In this document: piece after piece, positions 26,095 to 33,438 of the stretch
Numbering within the stretch: position 1 is the stretch's first letter
Layout of the letters: each line of letters opens with the position of its first letter
Assembly: GCA_964035545.1 (NCBI GenBank)
Contig: CAXIUT010000143.1
Span: 1-33,438 of the forward strand
Origin: Bugula neritina
Taxonomy: Eukaryota; Animalia; Bryozoa
Direction: 5' to 3'
Length of the DNA: 33,438 nucleotides
Program-made: the position numbers and the translations under genes
The notes under the pieces: generated by a model
Told to the model about the DNA's origin: nothing
Databases searched by the model: none
The model's input: only the letters and a program-made list of their open reading frames with translations

Positions 26095-26735
26095 TCAAAC
26101 AGTTCTTCCATAGAAGACTGTAGTACTTTTCCAGTGATCTTTTGTTTTGGTGGGATTGGTGTTCAAAGGATCTTTTAAACAAAGAGCATACTTTCCTTTA
26201 CTACAATAATGAATCAATCCACATTTTTTCTTGTCTCTTTAATTAGTTGCTTTATATCGTTCAATGCATCAGCAAATGTTTCATTTTTTATCTGAAAATC
26301 GAGATCTCCGCCAGTCATGTCCAATCCTCCAACCATGTAATAGTCATTTTCCTTATCTATATGGCTTTCGTCTAATTTTATTTTGTATTTAGATTGATCA
26401 CTTATTTGGCTATGTTTATTATTTTCTTTGTTTTATACTAGTCTTCGTCCATAAAATACATTAGTACATTGAGGTCCGTACTTTTTATCTTGAGATGGAT
26501 TACAGTTAATTTTGACTTTCAAAAATATCAAAAATGAGCCCTATTTTTCTTTGAAAATTGTTCCACATAGATTTTAGTCATAGTTTATTTTCATTTTGAT
26601 GGCTATTAGAGCTTCCTAGAAAGTAGAAAAACCTTTCTAACTTTAAATATCTCCTCCGTACATATCAAAACCAGAAACCTAGAAATACCCATGTTCGATT
26701 CCATAACTCTTCACTATTTAAGATTTATCTTCCAT
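26095..26735 (-). CDS. Hypothetical protein with two tandem copies of a ~85-aa domain (apparent 1-nt deletion at 26224-26229)
   Basis: Repeat 1 GFDMYGGD..TF.EAL..CGTIF..NP..VFYGR; repeat 2 GLDMTGGD..TFADAL..CGLIH..NP..VFYGR. Confidence 0.75.
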
Positions 26736-26760
26736 ATAATATAAAATACAATGAAATCTA

Positions 26761-27833
26761 TCATTAAAGTTGATCATTCTACTTACATCTTTCCACCATA
26801 ATTAGCAAATCACTCGCATGCCGCTTGATTTTTATCTTCTCACACTCCAGCTAGTCCAATTTGTTCTAGTATATCTTCTTCATCTTCTGTAAATCACTCA
26901 ATCTCGACTAAAAAGACACAAATTATGCCTTGTAATAAGTCAGCTATCGTTTCATTTAGGCATTCTACTTCATCAATCCCTCTTTTAGCAACTATTCTCC
27001 TTTGAGATGAGCTTCAAGAGTCCTTTGCTTATGCCGGTACTAAGATAAGTTCTTTTATTGTTCTTTTATAGTTTCTTCTAGCACTTTTTTCTATGAAAGA
27101 ATCATTATATTAGATGATCTTACTTGCTAAATATTAGAATTCAACTTATTCTTTTCCTATGTATGAGATCTGATCAATTTATCTTATTTTTTGGAAGTCT
27201 ATTGAATAAAGTGATGAAGTTTATTTTAGATTTGTTATATTTTATCTTTTAGTTAATAATTTTATTTTTAAACTTCTTAAAATTCTTCTTTATAGTTATT
27301 TTACTATGTTTAAATGTGATCACATTGCGTTTATCCTTCTTCTATTAAGATTTATTTAGTTTGAGTTGAAGATTCTTTTTTTATCTTTATTAATACAGCT
27401 GATGTACTTTATTTGATTCTAGATATTTATTTTGATAAATCTTTTGAAATAGTATCTTGTCTATTAGTAAAGAAAGTCCCCATTACTTATTTTTTTAAAC
27501 TTTTTATACTTTTTTTGTTTCATTCACCTGAGATCCAATCAAAGATAGATGATTATTTTTATCTTTTATTAAATTTTTCTTTTAGTAAAGCATACTCTTA
27601 CTTCTTTTTTGTTTTGATGAAGTTTTTTTTTTGGTATTAAAAAAGGAGTGAGGTATTTTATAGTGTATTTAATCATTAGGTAGATTTTATTTTTATTTTT
27701 GAGGTACATCTTTATTATTTCTTTTAATTTTATGTTGAGATTGAAATCCATTTTTAGAACTACTTTTATTAACTTCCATTTTCGTATTACTTTTATTCAT
27801 TCCTAAAGAATTATTTCTCTGCAACTTTTTCAT
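26761..27833 (-). CDS. Hypothetical K-rich / coiled-coil protein
   Basis: ATG-to-TGA frame intact after the 20-nt intron 27304-27323. Confidence 0.6.
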
Positions 27834-27883
27834 CAATTATTTACTATTAAAATTATAAACTATACTCATTATCATAACATCAA

Positions 27884-27944
27884 ACATCATAACATCATAA
27901 CATCATAACATCATAACATCATAACATCATATATCATATATCAT
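27884..27944. repeat. 8-bp microsatellite (ACATCATA)n decaying to (ATATCAT)n
   Basis: Direct tandem copies in the intergenic gap. Confidence 0.9.
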
Positions 27945-28020
27945 GCTCATGATTATAAAATCAGAATATCATAATACTCATAGTTAGTGATAAATAAATA
28001 CTAAAATAACAGCTATCGAA

Positions 28021-28660
28021 TCAGCTAACTTTGTTTTTGATTTTGATTTCTTCAATATCCATTTATGCAAGTTGTTTCTGAAGCACTAATCAATTGAATA
28101 ACACTCATTATTTTTTTAATCACAAATAGCATAGTTCCTATCCGAATAGTAAGAATAGTGTATTTTATCCCAATTGACTCAAATTTAAATTATCTTTGAA
28201 TTTAAGTAAATACCCACTCAGTAGAAATAGTTAATTTCCCAGGACTAGTGTAAATAACACTGGTTTACTTCCATAGTAGATGTTAAGCAGGGCATACTTG
28301 GATTGAGATTGTTTGTGATGCGCACCTTTTAACAAACTTACATACATCTGGTACCAATGAGAAACCAAATCTAGTGCTATATCTCCCAAAAACACCCAGT
28401 TATACTCTGGATAAATAGAAGCCATAATAGCTAAAAAGACAGCATTAGAAGCCCTATCGCAAACCATATCCAGAACAGCTCCAAATCTAGTAGATTGATT
28501 AAAGTGACGAGCAGCCATCCCGTCAAATGCATCCAAAGCCTGACTTGTCCCATAAAATACAACAGTTAGAATAGGCTGATCAAGATAAGGTAAAGAAAGT
28601 AGCAAATAATGCCACAAATCTAAGATAGCCGATTATGTTGGGAACAAAAAGAAATACCAT
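28021..28660 (-). CDS. PIS1: CDP-diacylglycerol--inositol 3-phosphatidyltransferase (PI synthase); three apparent single-base indels
   Basis: MVFLFVPNIIGYLR; CDP-alcohol phosphotransferase motif LDAFDGMAARHFNQSTRFGAVLDMVCDR; LDLVSHW; LLNIYY; GNELF; KKIMSVIQL..LAEMD. The segments lie in different frames. Confidence 0.88.
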
Positions 28661-28675
28661 TCGTTTAATCTAATT

Positions 28676-28900
28676 ATTATCTACCTATTAATATCATTAA
28701 CTAACTAATTAATATCATATCATTTACCTATTAATATCACATTATCTACCTATTAATATCATATCATTTAACTAACTAACTAACTAACTAACTAAATGAT
28801 ATCATTTAAGAAACAATGATTTTTAATAATAAAATAACAACTTAATGATAAAATATCAAATTAATGATAAAATAGCAAATTAATAATAAAATAACAACTA
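28676..28900. repeat. Composite repeat block: TACCTATTAATATCA copies, (TAAC)n and a ~19-bp TAATRATAAAATA unit
   Basis: Fills the divergent intergenic region upstream of the PI synthase gene. Confidence 0.75.
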
Positions 28901-28906
28901 AACTAG

Positions 28907-30434
28907 ATGTAAATAAAAATCAAATCCTTTAGAACCCTGCATCTACAAAATTTAGTAGATGAGAACCAATAGTTACGTAGAAGAATAACAAATCTTTAAT
29001 AGATATAATCATACGTATAAGTTTTAGCTACTAAATTATAGACATCAAATACAAAAGAAAAGACCCATCTAAAAGAAATATCTATTCTTTAATAACAAAT
29101 ACGATAACTATAGATTAAATATGCTAACATCCAAAATACCCATGGTGATGAGATGAGATACGTATTTGGACAACACGATCAGCTGATATAATAAAAAAAC
29201 ATAGCAATAGTTCAATTGAAAACATCATTGTAGCAAGAACAAACCAAAAACAAACTAGTTGGTCACTAATTTAATTCTCATAAAAATAGCTAACAAAAAC
29301 TAATCAACGATTACTAAAATGCTCTTATTACCTATAGAAACAGAGTTGCCTAGTTAGAAAGAGATCTACAGATAGTATACAAGTCTATTTAGTAAGAAAA
29401 GATGCTTTATGAGAAGAGTAAAAATAATTATGGGATAGAATGTGCCCAAATGAAACAAATCAACCAGTAAAAAGATATCACTATTGCTAAATTAAAAGAC
29501 TAATTGAGCACGATGGATATTGACATTAATAAATAGAGAAGATAAAAATAGTAGACTAACATAAATAAACTAAAAACAATAAAGAAGTAATGAAGTACTT
29601 TTACAATAGATATCCTAGTTATAGATGAGTATAAATAAGTTAAGATAAGATAACGAGCTATTCATCGCAGACAACAAGAAGATAATATTTTTATTGTAAT
29701 AATCAGACAGATAGAACACCCATCTCAGACAAAAACAACTAGAACTATAAGATTATTCGGCAGTATAGAACGATAGATTGAAGGTGGACAATGTTCATCT
29801 GCGTTAGTAAAATAAGATAATAACAAAAAACAACACAGAAAGGTAAACATTTATATCAACCAAATTGTTTTAGTTAAAATAATCTAAGTCATAAATCAAC
29901 AATCTGACTATCTCAATACAACAATCACAATCATAAATATGTTTGTTAAGAAAAGAACTCCAGTAAGTATCAAAAGAACTATCAAAATAAAAACAACTCT
30001 CAACTGAACTACAAATAACCATCAAATAAAACTAATAAAAAATAAACCGACTAGAACAATAAAAAATAAACATCAATGATATCAATAACAAAATAAGATA
30101 AGAGAATAATAAACTATAAGACTAAAATCACATGATAAAAAGAAAAATAAATAATCCTAGATAACTAAATAAATAACAACAACTGTAAATCAATAAAATG
30201 CTATGCAATTTTCAATAGGAAAGATAAAGTCTTAATAGAAAATATCAAATATAAAAAAATAAATTTATTAACTGTATTTAGTATTAATACCAACAAAAAG
30301 AACAATAAATGATCAGAAAAATTCACATCCTCTAATCATAAATCAATAAAAATAAAGAACTAGAAATACTCACTTCAAGAATCAACCTCAAACACAGTAG
30401 AAACACCACCTCAAAAACACCATTCAAGTCCTGA
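28907..30434 (+). CDS. Long coiled-coil protein (apparent indels near 29572 and 30150-30180)
   Basis: E/K/Q heptad-rich frames under TAR=Glu, with frame switches in A-rich runs; boundaries are approximate. Confidence 0.55.
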
Positions 30435-30512
30435 TCATCATATTTATATCATATTACTCTTATATCAGTATATTACATTAATACAAACTATCATATACTC
30501 ATGTCATACACT

Positions 30513-30601
30513 AAACTATCATGAACTATCATGAACTATCATGAACTATCATGTACTATCATGAACTATCATGAACTATTAATAAACTGTCATGAACTAT
30601 G
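30513..30601. repeat. 10-bp minisatellite (AACTATCATG) x~9
   Basis: Tandem copies with a few variants, intergenic. Confidence 0.92.
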
Positions 30602-30636
30602 ATTAGTTGTTTTTTTTCTTATAATATATTTAAACA

Positions 30637-31161
30637 ATGTACCAAAACCAGACTGCTATCAAAGAAGAGGTTCTAAAAAGCTACATCTAACAAATCTACA
30701 ATCGCTATGATAGTCAAAACACTGGTTCTTTAAGCTTCAACGACATCAACAACTTCTTCAACGACCTCTTCAGATCAGTAGATGTCGACTTGACTCTAAC
30801 TCCCCAGCAATCCCAAGAAGCCATCAAAGCAGTCTTCCCCAACCAACTCCAGCACAATCACCAAAACTTAACTGGTCTAAGTTTTCAAGGTGATGCTGGG
30901 ACAGTAGATAACAACTAATATAGATCTAATTCGCCACAAATTCAGCCCACAATAAACTACCCTCAATACAACTACAACCCGGTGTTAAACAATCAAGCCT
31001 ATTTGCCTTCCCAGCAATACTATAATCAGAACTATTTACCTCAAATGAGCCAAGGGCAAAACTATTATATGGCTCCAGTGCTAGGACAACCCAACAGCTA
31101 CCAAATCAATATGAATGGCTTCAATCCTCAAAACAACAACAATCCTCAATTCAGAAGATGA
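30637..31161 (+). CDS. Small EF-hand protein with Q/N/Y/P-rich C-terminal tail
   Basis: YIEQIYNRYDSQNTGSLSFNDINNFFNDLF; a second hand (ITKTELVEVFKVML) lies in an alternate frame near 30855; tail YPQYNYNP..QQYYNQNYLPQ..GFNPQNNNNPQFRR. Confidence 0.75.
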
Positions 31162-31178
31162 TTTGAATTCAAATATAT

Positions 31179-31240
31179 TATAGCTATTGTTTATTCATAG
31201 TTATTGTTTATTCATAGCTATTCTTTATTTATAGTTTTGT
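31179..31240. repeat. 17-bp degenerate tandem repeat (ATAGYTATTGTTTATTC) x~3.5
   Basis: Directly visible downstream of the EF-hand gene. Confidence 0.7.
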
Positions 31241-31275
31241 TATTAATGGTTTATGGATAGTTGTGGCATATTAAT

Positions 31276-32302
31276 ATGATATATAGATTGCTCACGAACG
31301 ACATTCGTAGGTAAATCGGTAGGAATAATAAAAAGTATAATCACAGGTAGTATTTAAAGGCGTTGACTTATAAGTAGAAAATACCATATTGGATCAGCTA
31401 CCACAAAAAAAAACTAATCTTCATGGTTCTAATGGGAATCATCAGCTACACCTATGACCTTCACATATCAGCTAAAAATAAAATACTAAGTCTCAGATCT
31501 CCTAAACTAGTACTATCTCACCTTTTATTCGGATCATAAAAACTATAAAAAACTATCAACGACCAAAGAATAGTAGGGTGGCAATTTGACAACTCAACCA
31601 AACTCCTACTCACATAGATCTACTACTAAGCAGATAAGAGGTTGATATTTGGTTTAGGAAGAAATTATTTATTTCAAGTACTATCTGATATGAATCTACT
31701 TCAAAAATAGTAAGATATCAATAACTATTGGCCGGAGGAGGGTTCTACAAAAAAAGAAATCAAATCGTATCAGGAGTGGGCTATAAATAATTTATGACTT
31801 TATTCTAGTAAGGCTATAGAAGTCTTCTTAAAACTAATCCAGAACTAACACAATAGTAGTATTCAAAAGATTTATAACAGTTGTTGATTATGAAAGGCCC
31901 AGGTATAATTCAATGGTAAAAAGAATTCAATAAACTAAGATTCGGTAATACCTAAAAACCCTATTAAGCGACACAGATAAAAAAACATAATAAATATGTC
32001 TACTAATGAAATAAAATGTATAAATATCATAGGAGTAACTAGATAAGAAGTTGATTTAAATGGGAATGAAAGGACTATCCATCAGAGATAAGTGGATCTA
32101 TTGGAGAAATAAATAAATATTAAATTCACTAAGATAGTACAGCCTTCATAAAAGACTAAATTTAAACATCCATTAAGGATACTAAAAAATAGACCTAATC
32201 AAAAAATTAAAAAATATCTAATCTATACTACAATCTATCAAATCAAAAAAATAATATCTTTAAAATCAGTATAAAAATATATACGAGTAAAATCTATTAT
32301 GA
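31276..32302 (+). CDS. Hypothetical protein with one hydrophobic segment; 3' end uncertain
   Basis: Open frame from ATG 31276 for about 170 codons, then a frame switch (intron or indel) to LAGGGFYKKRNQIVSG... Confidence 0.45.
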
Positions 32303-32316
32303 TCTTTTGCTGCATT

Positions 32317-32515
32317 ATCATCTCACCTTTATACCTCATCATCTCACCTTTAATACCTCATCATCTCACCTTTAATACCTTATCATCTCACCTTTAATAC
32401 CTTATCATCTCACCTTTAATACCTTATCATCTCACCTTTAATACCTTATCATCTCACCTTTAATACCTTATCATCTCACCTTTAATACCTTATCATCTCA
32501 CCTTTAATACCTTAT
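32317..32515. repeat. 22-bp minisatellite (ATCATCTCACCTTTAATACCTY) x~9
   Basis: Near-perfect head-to-tail copies without spacers, intergenic. Confidence 0.95.
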
Positions 32516-32631
32516 TATTATTAACCTTTTAGGATCATTATTAACCGTTTAAGTTATTTGATATTATGAATGATATTTTGTTGATATTAATAGTAAATAT
32601 AAAGAGGTTTATTAATACTATAATTCAAATA

Positions 32632-33438
32632 ATGTAGGATGCCACAACAAAGAAAAAGAACTAACAAAAATTCAACATTTATAACAAGTTTCAATAGATA
32701 TTTGAAAGTAGTCCTTAGTGGGGCAAAATCTAATACAGAATACAACTATCATATGCCAATGTATCTGCCTCTCTCAAGAAAGTATATTCCATAGGTAAGA
32801 TACTAGTAATCTAGTTAACTCAGTCAACTAGACCAAGTTCATGAATCGACATTAAGATAAAGTATTGATGGATTTCATTGTTAACTAGTCACAAGTAAAA
32901 CAGCCATAAGATTTTACATCTATCTGCTAAAAAGGATTTCACGACATTATGAATCTGACTTATGGACATCTATAACTCGAAAGAAAACCTAAAGAAAATT
33001 AATAGTATTTCTAAGTTATGATATGTAGAGCAGCAATAGGTAAAACTTATATATTTCCAAGTAAAAATTTAACCTAATCTATTCCCTTCAGCTAAAAGCC
33101 ATAACTAATGTCCAACTAGTTCGACTCGCTCTTTATCTATGACTAGCAATAAGTAACCAGATAATTCAAGCAAAATTATATCATCTATAAGTCTAATTAA
33201 AATATCCTCCCTCTCTTCATAGTTCATTTCACCATCAACTAGTCCAAATACAGATAACTCAGAGAAGTACTTTACTAGATATATAGAAAATAACATGCTA
33301 ATTATGTGAAGACAATATCGCTCGGAAGTATTGTTAGACCTAGAATGCCTACCTTTGTATATCTTGTGACCACTCTCATCACGCGAATCGACTCCAACAT
33401 AAACATAAAAGAACATAATTAGCATAAAAACCTAAAGT
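32632..33438 (+). CDS. B-box zinc-finger protein with an upstream PARP/ART-like segment (3'-truncated by the window; introns or indels unresolved)
   Basis: CELCEDNIARKYCETENAYLCISCDHSHHANRLQHKHKR B-box; upstream VMICRAAIGKTY..FDSLF..YIIYKSNENILPLFIVHF resembles PARP catalytic-fold strands. Confidence 0.7.

Noticed and set aside
28580-28582. In-frame TGA as selenocysteine or readthrough
   Set aside because: The conserved protein continues in a different frame, so readthrough would not restore it.
26200-31000. A general Euplotes-like programmed frameshifting system
   Set aside because: The shifts go in both directions, mostly lie in homopolymers away from TGA, and cluster in the right part of the window, which fits falling consensus quality.

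Overview
Left end of an AT-rich, gene-dense ciliate macronuclear chromosome that starts with a (CCCCAA)n telomere. The supplied ORF track is misleading because TAA and TAG are sense codons here. They fall on invariant Glu positions (kinase DLKPEN and GGE, the catalytic Glu of an M14 carboxypeptidase and of an aldose epimerase), so this is the peritrich-type code (NCBI table 30, TAR=Glu, TGA the only stop), not the Tetrahymena/Paramecium TAR=Gln code. Read this way, about 25 tightly packed genes emerge: AGC kinase, LZIC, HYLS1-like, UBC-like, EF-hand/WD40, EF-hand-PIP5K, ODA-DC2, CCP, HMG-box, WDR12, bacterial-type aldose epimerase, CCDC42-like, NT-C2, EB1, PI synthase, EF-hand and B-box proteins. 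Nearly all introns inferred by hand are exactly 20 nt. Three interstitial (GGGGTT)n tracts occur, one in frame inside a WD40 CDS, together with a series of unrelated intergenic minisatellites, most sharing a TATCA/ATCA core. Several single-base frameshifts, mostly right of about 26 kb, look like consensus errors. All gene models and family calls were made by eye, with no database search.
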